From positions 19,665 to 83,664 of the forward strand of contig CAZULJ010000002.1 of NCBI GenBank assembly GCA_964621195.1: 64,000 bases of DNA. Direction: 5' to 3'. The notes under the pieces are model-generated. The model ran no database searches. It saw nothing but the letters and a program-made list of their open reading frames with translations, and was not told the DNA's origin. The DNA is from an uncultured Candidatus Saccharibacteria bacterium. GTDB lineage: Bacteria; Patescibacteriota; Dojkabacteria; SC72. A program made the position numbers and the translations under genes. Position 1 is the first letter of the stretch, and every line of letters begins with the position of its first letter. Positions 1 through 10,820 of this stretch are shown here, piece by piece.

Positions 1-600
1 TCCAACTTCTAGGATCCTTACCGTAGGTTCCCTCTCTATGCTCTCTGCTAATATCTTTGTATCAATCAAAACACCATCTTCATAGTAACTGAGCACCTTC
101 TGCTTCTTAATACCCAATACTCCCTCCTGAGAGGTATGCTCTTCCCCCTTTATATATTTATCTGTTTTAATAACCTTTGTTTCGAATGGGATATCTGAAA
201 GGATCTCCTCTATTACTGTTTCAGTTTTAATAACTCGAATAAGACTACCATTGACTATGTTGTTTGTACTGACAATAATTTTTTCTCCACCGTCTAAAGG
301 TATTTTGTATTCAGACAGTATCTTGTAAATATCTATCTCAGTTGTGAACACATCATATACGAACTCTCCCTTCTTTATCGTCAACAGCTTTGGTCTTCTT
401 GAACTTCTCTCCACCTCTGGGTTGGTATCATATACTAAAGCCAACAGGGTGGTATTCTTTCCCTCGGAGATATTGGAATTTGCGAATACCATATGGTTAG
501 ATCCATACAGCAATGCGATAGAAATAACTCCTACCGTAGTCAAAACCAATTTCGCTATATTAGATTTACTTGATCGTTTGTTCGCTTCTTTCATATACAT
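1..600 (-). CDS. G5/DUF348-domain cell-wall associated protein (YabE/RpfB-like), partial; C-terminal part lies beyond window start
   Basis: Manual reverse-strand translation from ATG at 598-600 gives MYMKEANKRSS..., a hydrophobic N-terminus, then DUF348-like segments and a G5-like motif (IRVIKTETVIEEI..IPFETKVIKTD..GEEHTSQEGVLGIKK). No stop before position 1, so it is absent from the ORF track. Confidence 0.55.
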   Translation of the reverse strand, partial: MYMKEANKRSSKSNIAKLVLTTVGVISIALLYGSNHMVFANSNISEGKNTTLLALVYDTNPEVERSSRRPKLLTIKKGEFVYDVFTTEIDIYKILSEYKIPLDGGEKIIVSTNNIVNGSLIRVIKTETVIEEILSDIPFETKVIKTDKYIKGEEHTSQEGVLGIKKQKVLSYYEDGVLIDTKILAESIEREPTVRILEVG

Positions 601-699
601 TGCTTCTCTCCTAGTGATGTTTCGCTAGGGTTTCAGAAAAGTATAGCATGATTGCCAAAACATGTGTAAAATGAGAAAGCATAGTTTAATGATATACAA

Positions 700-2130
700 A
701 TGAAAAACATATCTAAAATACTACTGTATATAGGAGTCATAGTTTTGAGTGGATTTTTACTCTCTGGTTGTACACCATCAGATGAACAACTTGCCCAATA
801 TGATCAGTTAGTCAAAGATGCAGATCTCCTAATTGAAGGTAGGGAGTACTCTTCCGCAATTGTAAAGCTTACCGAGGCAGCAGAGTTGGTTCCTTCAAAA
901 GCAGATGCATACCGTAGAATTGTTGATTTGTTGATACTAAAAAACAGATTAGATGATGCAAAGACTCTTGTAGATGAATCTGCGAGTAACCTCTCGGATA
1001 CTGATAGGGGAGACCTATATGTGGATATCGGGAAGGCATATTATGAACGGAGAGAATATGTTAAAGCATTAAATAGTTTCGAGCTTGCAAAGGCGGGTTT
1101 TTCTGATAATGAATCAATTACTCTTTCTACCTCGAAGGTATACCTTCAGCAAGGAGAACTTGAGAAAGCTAAGAATTTACTAAACAGAGATTGGGGAGAT
1201 GAATATCTCTTGGAGGGTAAGCTTCTCTACTCATATCTTCTTGGTGTTAGTGATACAGGAAAGGCACTAGAAGCTATTTCAGATATACAGCCATCAGACG
1301 AATGGAACGATGCTTACTCCGAATGGAAAGATGTTCTGAATTCACTGAATGAGGACATCCTCTACAATGCCGCAAAAATATCAAAAGTATACATAGAGGA
1401 GGGATATCCATATCTTGCTATACAAGTTCTTTCTCCTCTTGAGGAGCAAATGGATGAATATATTGATGGAAAGTATCTTTTAGGAAAGGCTTATTATGAG
1501 AATGGTAAATATCAAGAAAGCCTTGATACTCTGGTAGGTGTTACCTCCTTCAGTGACTTAAATACTCATCTTTATTGGATAATTGCTAGGGATTACTATC
1601 TCCTAAATGATATAAATCAGGCATTCTCATACTACGAAAGTGCTTTATCATATGCAGGAGACACTCCAGATATAAAGTTGTACCAAGAGTATTTAGATTT
1701 GCTTTTTGAAAACAACCAAACAACAAAAGCAGAGGAAGTATTAAGTAAGGCATCGAAAGAATTTATTGAACCATGGATAGATCTGTACTACATACAGCTG
1801 TCATATCTTATAAAAGAGGATGAAAAGATCGCCTACTATATAGATAGGATTGAATACGAGGAGTTGGAGGGAGATTACAGGAAAGAGTATCTATACTGGA
1901 GCTCTAAAATCTCTATGGAGAATGGTGAGTTAGAGGATGCCAAAAGATCCCTGGATCTTTATTGGGAAATTGATAAATATGACCCAATGTACAATCTCCT
2001 TATGGCTCAACTGAGATTTCTAGAGGGTAATCTTGAAGAATCTAGAACATTTGCTAAAAAGTCTATAGAGTATGATACGCAGAGAGTGGTAACAGATGAA
2101 GCTCAAAAGCTATTGGCGAGGATTGATTAG
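700..2130 (+). CDS. TPR-repeat lipoprotein (signal peptide with LSGC lipobox)
   Basis: N-terminus MKNISKILLYIGVIVLSGFLLSGC is a lipoprotein signal. The body is full of TPR-like helix pairs (KAYYE..G.Y..A...F). Confidence 0.55.
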   Translation: MKNISKILLYIGVIVLSGFLLSGCTPSDEQLAQYDQLVKDADLLIEGREYSSAIVKLTEAAELVPSKADAYRRIVDLLILKNRLDDAKTLVDESASNLSDTDRGDLYVDIGKAYYERREYVKALNSFELAKAGFSDNESITLSTSKVYLQQGELEKAKNLLNRDWGDEYLLEGKLLYSYLLGVSDTGKALEAISDIQPSDEWNDAYSEWKDVLNSLNEDILYNAAKISKVYIEEGYPYLAIQVLSPLEEQMDEYIDGKYLLGKAYYENGKYQESLDTLVGVTSFSDLNTHLYWIIARDYYLLNDINQAFSYYESALSYAGDTPDIKLYQEYLDLLFENNQTTKAEEVLSKASKEFIEPWIDLYYIQLSYLIKEDEKIAYYIDRIEYEELEGDYRKEYLYWSSKISMENGELEDAKRSLDLYWEIDKYDPMYNLLMAQLRFLEGNLEESRTFAKKSIEYDTQRVVTDEAQKLLARID

Positions 2131-2199
2131 TTTGTTATAATCCCCATTGCGTATGTAACCCTAATATCCCATTAGGCCTTAAATTTTATTATTAACTAT

Positions 2200-4296
2200 A
2201 TGCAAACCTATGATGTTAAAATGGCTTTGGAACAGATCAGAAATATTGGAATAATTGCACACATTGATGCTGGAAAAACAACAACAACTGAAAGACTTCT
2301 TTACTTTACTGGTCAAATTCATAAGATAGGTGAGGTTCATGATGGAGCTGCAACAACAGACTTCATGGAACAAGAGAGAGAAAGAGGTATTACAATCCAA
2401 TCTGCAGCTGTAACATGTTTCTGGGATATGGATGGTAAGAGGTATAGAATCAACATTATTGATACTCCAGGACATGTAGATTTCACTGCAGAAGTAGAAA
2501 GATCACTACGTGTATTGGACGGAGCAGTAGTTATCTTTGACGGAAGAAAAGGTGTAGAGCCACAGTCTGAAACTGTATGGAGACAAGCTAGCAAGTATAA
2601 GGTTCCAAGAATTTGTTTTATGAACAAGATCAACCTTATCGGTGGAGACTTTGAAAAGAGTTTCGGAACTATCAAATCAAGATTAAGCAACAAGGCTGTA
2701 GCAGTAACATTACCAATTGGTAGAGAGAGTGAATTACATGGACATGTAGATCTTGTAGAAATGAAAGCATATACATATACATCTGTAGACTCAGAGGAAC
2801 TAACAGAGATTGAAATTCCAGAAGAGCTAAAAGCAAAGGCAGATCAATACAGAGCTATATTAGTAGAAACTCTAGTAGAATTGGATGATGCTTTAATGGA
2901 GAAATATTTCGAAGGAAGGGAAATTACAACAGAGGAGCTTAAGGCTGCACTTAGAAAGGGTACATTGGAAAGCAAGATCTTCCCAGTTCTTGGTGGAGAC
3001 TCTAGATCACCAATGGCAAAAATTCTCCTAAACTATATAACCCTTTGTCTTCCATCACCTTTAGATGTACCTCCTGTACAAGGAGACCACCCAAAGACTG
3101 GAGAAGAAATCGAAAGAAAGCCTGATGAGGCAGAACCATTTGCAGGATTAGTTTTCAAGATTGTAAATGATCCTCATATTGGTAACCTTTCTTACTTCAG
3201 AGTTTACTCTGGTACTATCAAGTCTGGTACATATGTTCTAAATACTACAAAAGGTATTAGAGAAAGAGTAGGAAGATTGGTACTTATGCACGCTGATGAA
3301 AGGGAAGAAGTAGATGCTTTAAGGGCAGGTGATATTGGTGCAATAGTTGGATTAAGGGAATCTGTAACAGGTGATACCATTTGTGAAGAGGGTCATCCTA
3401 TAATTTTGGAACAGATCACATTTGCAGAACCAGTTGTATCTCAGGCAATAGAGCCTGCAACAAAATCCGATGAAGAAAAGATGGCAGAAGTATTAGCAAG
3501 ACTTGTAAAAGAAGATCCTACATTTAAAGTAGAAACTAATCACGAAACGGGTCAAACTATTATCTCCGGAATGGGTGAGCTACACCTTGAAATTATGGTA
3601 GACAGAATGAAGAGAGAATTCGGTGTTGTTGCAAATGTTGGAAAGCCTCAGGTTGCATATAGAGAAACTGTTAAGGGTGTATGTGAGCAAGCAGAAGGAA
3701 GATATGTTAAACAGTCTGGTGGTAAGGGTCAGTATGGACACTGTTGGTTAAAGATTGAGCCGAATGAACAAGGAAAAGGTTTTGAATTTATTGATGCAAT
3801 CAAAGGTGGAGCTATTCCTAGAGAGTATATTCCTGCAGTACAAAAGGGTGTTGAAGACGCATTGAAGGCTGGAGTTGTTGCTGGTTACCCAGTTGTAGAC
3901 ATTAGGGTTACACTTTTTGATGGTTCATATCACGAGGTAGACTCCTCTGAGGCAGCATTTAAAGTCGCAGCATCTATGGCATTCAAAGAAGGCTGTAAGA
4001 GAGCCAATCCAGTATTACTTGAACCAGTAATGGATGTTGCAGTTGAAGTTCCTCAGGAATATATGGGTGATATAACTGGTTCCTTAAGTAGTAAGAGAGG
4101 CCAAATCCAAGGATCAGAAGATATCGGTAACGGTATTACTGTTATAAATGCATTAGTTCCTCTTTCTGAGCTTTTTGGTTATACAAGCGAGTTGAGATCT
4201 TTAACTAGTGGTAGAGGAAGTGCAAATATAGAGCCATCCCATTATGCAGAGGTACCAAGAAATATAGCTGAAGAGATTGGGGGTGGTAAAGCGTAA
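2200..4296 (+). CDS. fusA: translation elongation factor G
   Basis: NIGIIAHIDAGKTTTTERLL, DTPGHVDF, NKID-like G motifs; 698 aa full-length EF-G architecture. Confidence 0.95.
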   Translation: MQTYDVKMALEQIRNIGIIAHIDAGKTTTTERLLYFTGQIHKIGEVHDGAATTDFMEQERERGITIQSAAVTCFWDMDGKRYRINIIDTPGHVDFTAEVERSLRVLDGAVVIFDGRKGVEPQSETVWRQASKYKVPRICFMNKINLIGGDFEKSFGTIKSRLSNKAVAVTLPIGRESELHGHVDLVEMKAYTYTSVDSEELTEIEIPEELKAKADQYRAILVETLVELDDALMEKYFEGREITTEELKAALRKGTLESKIFPVLGGDSRSPMAKILLNYITLCLPSPLDVPPVQGDHPKTGEEIERKPDEAEPFAGLVFKIVNDPHIGNLSYFRVYSGTIKSGTYVLNTTKGIRERVGRLVLMHADEREEVDALRAGDIGAIVGLRESVTGDTICEEGHPIILEQITFAEPVVSQAIEPATKSDEEKMAEVLARLVKEDPTFKVETNHETGQTIISGMGELHLEIMVDRMKREFGVVANVGKPQVAYRETVKGVCEQAEGRYVKQSGGKGQYGHCWLKIEPNEQGKGFEFIDAIKGGAIPREYIPAVQKGVEDALKAGVVAGYPVVDIRVTLFDGSYHEVDSSEAAFKVAASMAFKEGCKRANPVLLEPVMDVAVEVPQEYMGDITGSLSSKRGQIQGSEDIGNGITVINALVPLSELFGYTSELRSLTSGRGSANIEPSHYAEVPRNIAEEIGGGKA

Positions 4297-4451
4297 GGAA
4301 TTTATCTAAAGATGTACGAAATGTTAATTAAATACTTGCATATCTCACATCTTTTTGATAATATTCAACGCAGGTTTGCTTATTAAAAATAAGTAAACGT
4401 TTATTACGGTATTAAACAATATATTTTATATAAATTATTTATTTTATATTC

Positions 4452-5618
4452 ATGGCAGAGTTCACAAGATCAAAGCCTCACATGAATATCGGAACCTTAG
4501 GTCACATTGACCACGGTAAGACGACATTGGTTCGTGGTATTCTAAACGCATTTTCAACAGAAAGTGCAAAAATGATTGATAAGTTAGACAAGGATCCAGA
4601 TTCAAGAGCTAAATCTATTACTATTTCTGTAGCTCACGTAGAATTTGAGACTGAAAGCAGGCACTATGCATTAGTAGATTGCCCAGGTCACAAAGACTAT
4701 ATCAAGAATATGATCACTGGTGCTGCTCAAATGGACGGCGCAATATTAGTAGTATCTTCTGATGATGGTGCAATGCCTCAAACAAAAGAGCACTTACTTC
4801 TTGCAAAGCAAGTTGGTGTTCCTAAGATTGTAGTATTCATCAACAAGTTTGGAGATGCTGATGATGAAATCTTAGAGCTTATCAAAGCAGACATCCAAGA
4901 TCTTTTGGGGAAATATGGATATGATTCAAATGCTCCAATCGTTGTTGGAAATGCACTTAAGGCTCAAAATGGTGATGAGGAAGGTCTTGCATCCGCAAGA
5001 GAACTACTCAAAGCTGTAGATGAGTATATCGAGTTACCAGAAAGAGATGTTGAGAAGCCATTCTTAATGCCTATCGAAGATGTATTCTCTATTGAAGGTA
5101 GAGGTACAGTTGTAACAGGTAGAGTTGAGAGAGGTGTAATAAATCTTGGTGAGGAGGTTGATGTATTAGGAATGGGAAGAAAGCCACAGAAGACTGCTGT
5201 AACAGGAATTGAAATGTTCAACAAATCAATGAAAGAGTGTCAAGCAGGTGATAATGTAGGTATTTTACTAAGAGGATTCAAGAGAACTGATGTAGAAAGA
5301 GGTCAAACTCTTTCCAAGCCAGGTAGTGCTGAAGCTCATACAGAGTTTAAAGCAGAGGTATATATCTTAAGCAAAGAAGAGGGTGGAAGGCACACTCCAT
5401 TTGTAAGTGGATATAAGCCACAGTTCTATATCAGAACTGCAGATGTAACTGGTGAGGTTGTTCTTCCTGAGGGCGTAGAAATGGTTGCTCCCGGAGATAA
5501 CACACAGTTGAATGTTACATTGCTAGCTCCAGTAGTATTGGAGAAAGGTCAAGGTTTTGCAATCCGCGAGGGTGGCCAGACTGTAGGTAAGGGAATTGTT
5601 ACCGAAATTATTAAGTAA
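4452..5618 (+). CDS. tuf: translation elongation factor Tu
   Basis: [32 protein letters not shown] motifs; 388 aa; follows fusA as in the str operon. Confidence 0.95.
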   Translation: MAEFTRSKPHMNIGTLGHIDHGKTTLVRGILNAFSTESAKMIDKLDKDPDSRAKSITISVAHVEFETESRHYALVDCPGHKDYIKNMITGAAQMDGAILVVSSDDGAMPQTKEHLLLAKQVGVPKIVVFINKFGDADDEILELIKADIQDLLGKYGYDSNAPIVVGNALKAQNGDEEGLASARELLKAVDEYIELPERDVEKPFLMPIEDVFSIEGRGTVVTGRVERGVINLGEEVDVLGMGRKPQKTAVTGIEMFNKSMKECQAGDNVGILLRGFKRTDVERGQTLSKPGSAEAHTEFKAEVYILSKEEGGRHTPFVSGYKPQFYIRTADVTGEVVLPEGVEMVAPGDNTQLNVTLLAPVVLEKGQGFAIREGGQTVGKGIVTEIIK

Positions 5619-5687
5619 GAATTGGGTTGGGGGAGTGGGTAAAACCCACTCCCTTATCTTAAGTTTAATTTAGCTCTTTAAGATAGA

Positions 5688-5999
5688 ATGAGTGATGCAA
5701 CAGCAAAAATTCGAGTAAAGTTAAGAGGATATGATGCAGTTGTTTTAGATAAATCTGCTAAAAGTATAATAGAGTCTGCAATTAGTACAGGTGCAAAGGT
5801 TGCAGGCCCAATACCTCTACCAACAAGGAAGAGGAAGATCGCAGTTAATAGGTCAACATTCATCTATAAGAGTTCAATTGAACATTTTGAGATAGGAACT
5901 CACAAAAGAGTTATAGACATTATCGATCCAACACCAAAGACAATAGATGCACTACAGCACTTACAAATGCCTGCAGGTGTAGAGATCGAAATCCAATAA
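5688..5999 (+). CDS. rpsJ: 30S ribosomal protein S10
   Basis: KIRVKLRGYD...GPIPLPTRK..IDIIDP S10 signature; first gene of S10 operon order. Confidence 0.9.
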   Translation: MSDATAKIRVKLRGYDAVVLDKSAKSIIESAISTGAKVAGPIPLPTRKRKIAVNRSTFIYKSSIEHFEIGTHKRVIDIIDPTPKTIDALQHLQMPAGVEIEIQ

Positions 6000-6019
6000 T
6001 AAATATATATTTAAAAGAA

Positions 6020-6604
6020 ATGAAGGCTATATTAGGAATAAAAAAAGGAATGACAAGGATATTCGATGGAGAGAAATCCATTCCTGTAACCATTGTAGAT
6101 GTTAATGGTTGCAAGGTTTCCAAAATCGAAGGAGAGAAGGTAGAGCTTGGCTTAGGAAAGAAGAAGAATGCAACAAAGGCATTAGAAGGACAGTACAAGA
6201 AATTGGGCTTTGTTCCTATGTATAGAAAGGTATTTGAAGGTGTTACATTGGAGAATTTGGAAGTAGGCAAAGATATCGAATCTGTAAGTTTTGTGAAAGG
6301 TGACGTTGTAAATATAAGTGGAGTATCAAAGGGTAAAGGGTTTGCTGGTGTTGTAAAAAGATGGGGTTTTAAAGGTGGTCCTAGAACTCACGGACAATCA
6401 GACAGATTGAGGGCTCCCGGCTCTATTGGTGCAGGTGCAGATCCAGGTAGGGTATTTAAGGGTACAAGAATGGGTGGAAGAATGGGAAGTGAGAATATTA
6501 CAGTTAAGAACAAGAGAATCGTAGATGTTAAGGAGACATATCTTTTAGTAAGTGGACCAATCCCTGGTTCTAATGGAGATTTAGTCGCAATATTTAGTGA
6601 ATAA
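6020..6604 (+). CDS. rplC: 50S ribosomal protein L3
   Basis: GxKKGMTRIFD...VKRWGFKGGPRTHGQS motif; position after rpsJ. Confidence 0.9.
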   Translation: MKAILGIKKGMTRIFDGEKSIPVTIVDVNGCKVSKIEGEKVELGLGKKKNATKALEGQYKKLGFVPMYRKVFEGVTLENLEVGKDIESVSFVKGDVVNISGVSKGKGFAGVVKRWGFKGGPRTHGQSDRLRAPGSIGAGADPGRVFKGTRMGGRMGSENITVKNKRIVDVKETYLLVSGPIPGSNGDLVAIFSE

Positions 6605-6609
6605 TTGAG

Positions 6610-7215
6610 ATGGCAAATACAAAGACAAAAACAACAGTAAAAGAAGTATCATTAAATCCAAAGGTATGGGAAGTTCCATACAGTGCAGATTTAATAGCAC
6701 AGGTTCTTTATGTGTTTTTTAACAACGAAAGAAAAGGAACTTCTGCAGTCAAAGGTAGGGGAGATGTAAGTGGTGGTGGTAAGAAACCTTGGAAGCAAAA
6801 GGGAACTGGAAGAGCAAGAGCTGGATCTATCAGATCTCCACTTTGGGTCGGTGGTGGTGTTACATTCGGACCAATTAATAGAAATTGGAAGAGAAGTATA
6901 AATAAGAAGATGGTAAAGAAAGCCACAAGCATGATTCTTTCCAAGAGGTTAGCAGATAACAATCTTACATTTGTAGATATTGATACAGATAAGGAGTTAA
7001 AAGATCTTAGAAATACACTTTCTAAGGGAATTGATAGCAAGACATTAATTATTGCTGGTAATGAGAATATCTCATTAGCTCTTAGAAATATCCCATCTAT
7101 AAATGTAATAGATCCAATGAAAGTTAATGTAAAGAATATTGTAAATGCAAAGAAAGTATTAGTTGATAACGAATCAGTTAAGATTTTGGAAGACAGATTA
7201 ACAAATGGAAAGTAA
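6610..7215 (+). CDS. rplD: 50S ribosomal protein L4
   Basis: KPWKQKGTGRARAGSIRSPLWVGGG motif; operon position. Confidence 0.9.
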   Translation: MANTKTKTTVKEVSLNPKVWEVPYSADLIAQVLYVFFNNERKGTSAVKGRGDVSGGGKKPWKQKGTGRARAGSIRSPLWVGGGVTFGPINRNWKRSINKKMVKKATSMILSKRLADNNLTFVDIDTDKELKDLRNTLSKGIDSKTLIIAGNENISLALRNIPSINVIDPMKVNVKNIVNAKKVLVDNESVKILEDRLTNGK

Positions 7216-7498
7216 AAATATAGTTATAAAACCAGTTGTATCTGAGAAAAGCTATACACTTGCTAATGCTAGTAATAAATATACCTTCTTGGTGGAAAAT
7301 ACTGTTAACAAGATTGAAATAAAAAAGGAAGTCGAGAGTAAGTACAAAGTTACCGTTGAGGGTGTAAACATAGTTATTAGACCTGGGAAGATGAAAAGAG
7401 ATTGGAAGAGTAACAAAAAGAGTAGAAAGAGTGATGTTAGAAAAGCTATCGTAACCTTGAAAAAGGGAGATAAAATTGATGAATTCTTAAATATTTAA
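7205..7498 (+). CDS. rplW: 50S ribosomal protein L23
   Basis: Small basic protein, VSEKSY..YTF.V...KIEIK pattern, between L4 and L2. Confidence 0.8.
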   Translation: MESKNIVIKPVVSEKSYTLANASNKYTFLVENTVNKIEIKKEVESKYKVTVEGVNIVIRPGKMKRDWKSNKKSRKSDVRKAIVTLKKGDKIDEFLNI

Positions 7499-7500
7499 TA

Positions 7501-8349
7501 ATGGCAGTAAGATCATTTAAAGCAACAACTTCTACACGTAGAGGAACAAAGTTAGAGGATAGGTCATATCTTGAGAAAGACTCAGGACCTAGAAGTTTGA
7601 CTCTACCTAAGAGAAAGATCACTGGTAGAAATAACCAGGGTAAAGTAACTATTAGGCACAGAGGTGGTGGAGCAAAGAGAAGAATGAGAATTATAGACTT
7701 TAAGAGAGATAAGTTTGATATTGAAGCAAAGGTTTTAGGTTTGTATTTTGATCCTAATAGGACTGCACATTTAGCACTTTTACAGTATGTAGATGGAGAG
7801 AGAAGATATATAATTGCACCTAAGGATATTAAAGCTGGTGACACAGTTATCTCTGGTGAGAAAGTAGATGTATTGCCTGGTAATGCTATGAGGATAAAGA
7901 ATATTCCATCAGGAACAATTGTACACTGTGTCGAAAGTAGGGTTGGAATGGGGGCATCATTTGGTAGATCTGCTGGTCAAGAGATTGTTGTACAGGGTAT
8001 AGATCCTACAGGTAAATATTCTCAGATAAAGCTTTCTTCGGGAGAGATAAGATTAGTACCTGCAGATGCTATGGCAACTGTAGGACAGGTTGGTAACGAA
8101 GATAAGTTAAATGTGAAGCTAGGAAAGGCTGGTAGAAAGAGAAACTTAGGTTGGAGACCAGTAGTTAGAGGTATGGCTATGCACGCAGTAGAGCATCCAC
8201 ACGGTGGTGGTGAAGGTAAGGGATCTATTGGTGAAGCAAAAGATATTTGGGGAAATAGAATTGGTACAAGAACTAGAAAGAATAAGAGAACCGAAAGATA
8301 TATAATTAAGAGAAGAAGGTCTAAAACAAGGCCTTTTGCAAAGAAATAA
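7501..8349 (+). CDS. rplB: 50S ribosomal protein L2
   Basis: GRNNQGKVTIRHRGGGAKR...HPHGGGEGK signature. Confidence 0.95.
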   Translation: MAVRSFKATTSTRRGTKLEDRSYLEKDSGPRSLTLPKRKITGRNNQGKVTIRHRGGGAKRRMRIIDFKRDKFDIEAKVLGLYFDPNRTAHLALLQYVDGERRYIIAPKDIKAGDTVISGEKVDVLPGNAMRIKNIPSGTIVHCVESRVGMGASFGRSAGQEIVVQGIDPTGKYSQIKLSSGEIRLVPADAMATVGQVGNEDKLNVKLGKAGRKRNLGWRPVVRGMAMHAVEHPHGGGEGKGSIGEAKDIWGNRIGTRTRKNKRTERYIIKRRRSKTRPFAKK

Positions 8350-8366
8350 TTTATTGATTAATTGGT

Positions 8367-8672
8367 ATGTCAAGATCGCTTAAGAAGGGACCATTTGTAG
8401 ACAAAAATGTAAAGAAGAAAGTAGATAAAGCTTTGGAAAGTGGAAATAGAAAGCCTATTAAAACATGGGCAAGAGCATCTACAATTACACCTGAGATGGT
8501 AGGATTAACATTCGCTATATATAACGGTAAGAAGCACGAGGAGGTTTTAATAGAAGAATCAATGATAGGTCACAGGTTAGGAGAATTTTCTCAAACTAGA
8601 AAATTCAAAGGTCACGCTAAGAAGGGTAAATTAGCAAAGGTATATGGAAGTAGCGGTAGATTTGAAGAATAA
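8367..8672 (+). CDS. rpsS: 30S ribosomal protein S19
   Basis: SLKKGPFVD...[43 protein letters not shown]. Confidence 0.9.
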   Translation: MSRSLKKGPFVDKNVKKKVDKALESGNRKPIKTWARASTITPEMVGLTFAIYNGKKHEEVLIEESMIGHRLGEFSQTRKFKGHAKKGKLAKVYGSSGRFEE

Positions 8673-8689
8673 AATAATAGAAATATTTA

Positions 8690-9031
8690 ATGGAAGTTAA
8701 AAGTACAAAAGTAAAAGTAAAGAATATAGCACAGTCACCACAGAAACTTAGGTTAGTGGCAGATTTGATCAGAGGTAAGGAAGTTGAGAATGCATTGGAT
8801 ATTCTACAATTTACAAATAGGAAAGGTACAAAAGTTTTAAAGGATGCTCTTCTAAGTGGTATTGCAAATGCTAGAGAGCTATTTGGAGTTGATAAGTCTG
8901 AACTTAAGATCTCACATCTATCAGTAGATGGAGCACCTACTCTTAAGAGAGTTAGATTTGCTTCAAAGGGTAGAGTTTCTAGAATAAGTAAGAGAAGATC
9001 ACATATTAATTTAGAGTTAACAGTAAAATAA
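8690..9031 (+). CDS. rplV: 50S ribosomal protein L22
   Basis: Operon position between S19 and S3; KLRLVADLIRGK...SKGR..RISKRRSHI pattern. Confidence 0.85.
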   Translation: MEVKSTKVKVKNIAQSPQKLRLVADLIRGKEVENALDILQFTNRKGTKVLKDALLSGIANARELFGVDKSELKISHLSVDGAPTLKRVRFASKGRVSRISKRRSHINLELTVK

Positions 9032-9675
9032 TGGGAAGAAAGGTTAACCCAAATGCAATTAGAATGGGTTTGAATAAAACTTGGAATTCGGTATGGTATG
9101 CAAGAAAAGCTAATTTTGCAACTATCTTCGCAGAAGATATGAGAATCAAAAAGATAGTATCCGAAAAGATGAAGGATGCAGGAATTGATAAAATCGGTAT
9201 TAATAGAACATTAAACAAAATAGAGATAGAGGTGTATGTTGCAAGACCTGGAGTCGCAATCGGTAGAGGTGGAGAGGGAATTGATATTTTACAAAAAGAT
9301 CTATCTAGAAAAGCACAGAAAGAGGTTGAATTAAAAATTCGTGAAGTTAAGAAATCAGATCTCTCAGCATCAATTATCGCCCACTCAATTGCAGAAGGAA
9401 TACAAAGAAGACAACCATCTAAGCTACTTGTTGCTAGTGCAAAAGAGAAAGCTATGATGGCAGGTGCAAAAGGTGTAAGAATTTGGGTATCAGGACGTAT
9501 TAACAACGCAAGTCAGGCAAGAACAGTTAAGGTTACTGCAGGATCTGTACCAGCTCAAACATTAAAAGCAGATATCGATTATGCAGAGGCAACAGCAAAA
9601 ACATTAGATGCAGGACTTATGGGTATAAAGGTATGGATATACAAGGGAGATAAAACAAATATTGAAGAAGAATAA
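9031..9675 (+). CDS. rpsC: 30S ribosomal protein S3
   Basis: MGRKVNPNAIRMG...KH domain...GAKGVRIWVSGRINNA signature. Confidence 0.9.
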   Translation: MGRKVNPNAIRMGLNKTWNSVWYARKANFATIFAEDMRIKKIVSEKMKDAGIDKIGINRTLNKIEIEVYVARPGVAIGRGGEGIDILQKDLSRKAQKEVELKIREVKKSDLSASIIAHSIAEGIQRRQPSKLLVASAKEKAMMAGAKGVRIWVSGRINNASQARTVKVTAGSVPAQTLKADIDYAEATAKTLDAGLMGIKVWIYKGDKTNIEEE

Positions 9676-9697
9676 TATATATAGAATTTAAACTACT

Positions 9698-10111
9698 ATG
9701 TTACAGCCTAAGAAAAGAAAATACAGGAAAGATTTTAGAGGAAAGATGGGTGGCATTGCTACTGTTAACAGTACTATTGCTTTCGGTGAGCACGGTCTAA
9801 AGTCAATGCAATGTGGTTGGATAAAATCCAGAGAGATAGAGGCTGCAAGAAGAGCAATAGCAGGTCATATAAAGAGAAAAGGAAAAGTTTGGATTAAGAT
9901 ATTCCCACATAAGCCATACACACAGAAAGGTACAAATAGTAAGATGATCGCTGGAAAGGGAGAAGTAGAGGGATATGTCGCAGTTGTAAGACCAGGAACT
10001 ATGCTTTTTGAAATAAGTGGTGTAGATAGAGATACTGCAATGGAAGCAATGAGATTAGGAGCACAGAAACTATCTGTTCAAACTAAATTTGTATCTAAAA
10101 AAGAGAATTAG
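9698..10111 (+). CDS. rplP: 50S ribosomal protein L16
   Basis: MLQPKKRKYRK.FRG...AFGE.GLK...WI...EAARRA signature. Confidence 0.9.
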   Translation: MLQPKKRKYRKDFRGKMGGIATVNSTIAFGEHGLKSMQCGWIKSREIEAARRAIAGHIKRKGKVWIKIFPHKPYTQKGTNSKMIAGKGEVEGYVAVVRPGTMLFEISGVDRDTAMEAMRLGAQKLSVQTKFVSKKEN

Positions 10112-10169
10112 GCTTGAGCTAAACCCATATTATTGGTAGAATACTAGCCGTTTTACATAGATAAAATAT

Positions 10170-10433
10170 ATGAAAAAGGAAATGACAACAAACGAACAGA
10201 ATACTGGAAAAAAGAGGGAGTTGGAAGGTGTTGTTGTAAGCAACAGTATGCAAAATACAGTAAGGGTAAGGGTAGATACTACTCACTCACATCCTGTATA
10301 TAAGAAAGTTGTAAGTAAGAAAAAGATATTCTTCGCTCATACTCAAGAAACTTTAAACGTTGGTGATAAAGTAGTAATTAGAGAATCTAGACCTTACTCT
10401 AAGAATGTTAAATGGGTCGTTGTAACTGAATAA
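10170..10433 (+). CDS. rpsQ: 30S ribosomal protein S17
   Basis: [17 protein letters not shown]...HP.YKK......F.AH...LNVGD.V.IRESRP.SK.KWVV. Follows L16 directly, with no L29 gene in the 58-bp gap. Confidence 0.85.
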   Translation: MKKEMTTNEQNTGKKRELEGVVVSNSMQNTVRVRVDTTHSHPVYKKVVSKKKIFFAHTQETLNVGDKVVIRESRPYSKNVKWVVVTE

Positions 10434-10435
10434 AA

Positions 10436-10804
10436 ATGATACAAAAAGAAACAATAGTAACAATTGCAGATAACAGTGGAGCAAAACTAGGAAAGGTAGT
10501 TGGTATTCCTGGTTACTCAAAAATCAGATATGCTGGCTTAGGTGATGTTGTAAAGGTTGCAGTTCAAAAGGTACTTGCTAATAGTGCAGTAAAAAAGCAT
10601 GAAGTATTAACTGCAGTCATTATAAGAACACATAAGGAAACTAAAAGAGCTGATGGTTCATATATTAGATTTGATGACAATGCTGCTGTTGTAATTGATA
10701 ACAAGAAAGCACCAAAAGGAACAAGAATTTTTGGACCAGTAGCAAGAGAGTTGAAGGAGAAGGGTTTCGATAAGATAGTATCTCTAGCTCCAGAAGTATT
10801 GTAA
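10436..10804 (+). CDS. rplN: 50S ribosomal protein L14
   Basis: [17 protein letters not shown]...[27 protein letters not shown] signature. Confidence 0.9.
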   Translation: MIQKETIVTIADNSGAKLGKVVGIPGYSKIRYAGLGDVVKVAVQKVLANSAVKKHEVLTAVIIRTHKETKRADGSYIRFDDNAAVVIDNKKAPKGTRIFGPVARELKEKGFDKIVSLAPEVL

Positions 10805-10820
10805 TTTAAGGATTAAAACG

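Noticed and set aside
344-628. Plus-strand 94-aa ORF
   Set aside because: It lies antisense within the better-supported minus-strand G5/DUF348 protein gene (1..600) and has no motif or RBS.
2179-2693. Two minus-strand ORFs (98 and 118 aa)
   Set aside because: They are antisense inside fusA, whose identity is unambiguous; they are artefacts of AT-rich sequence.
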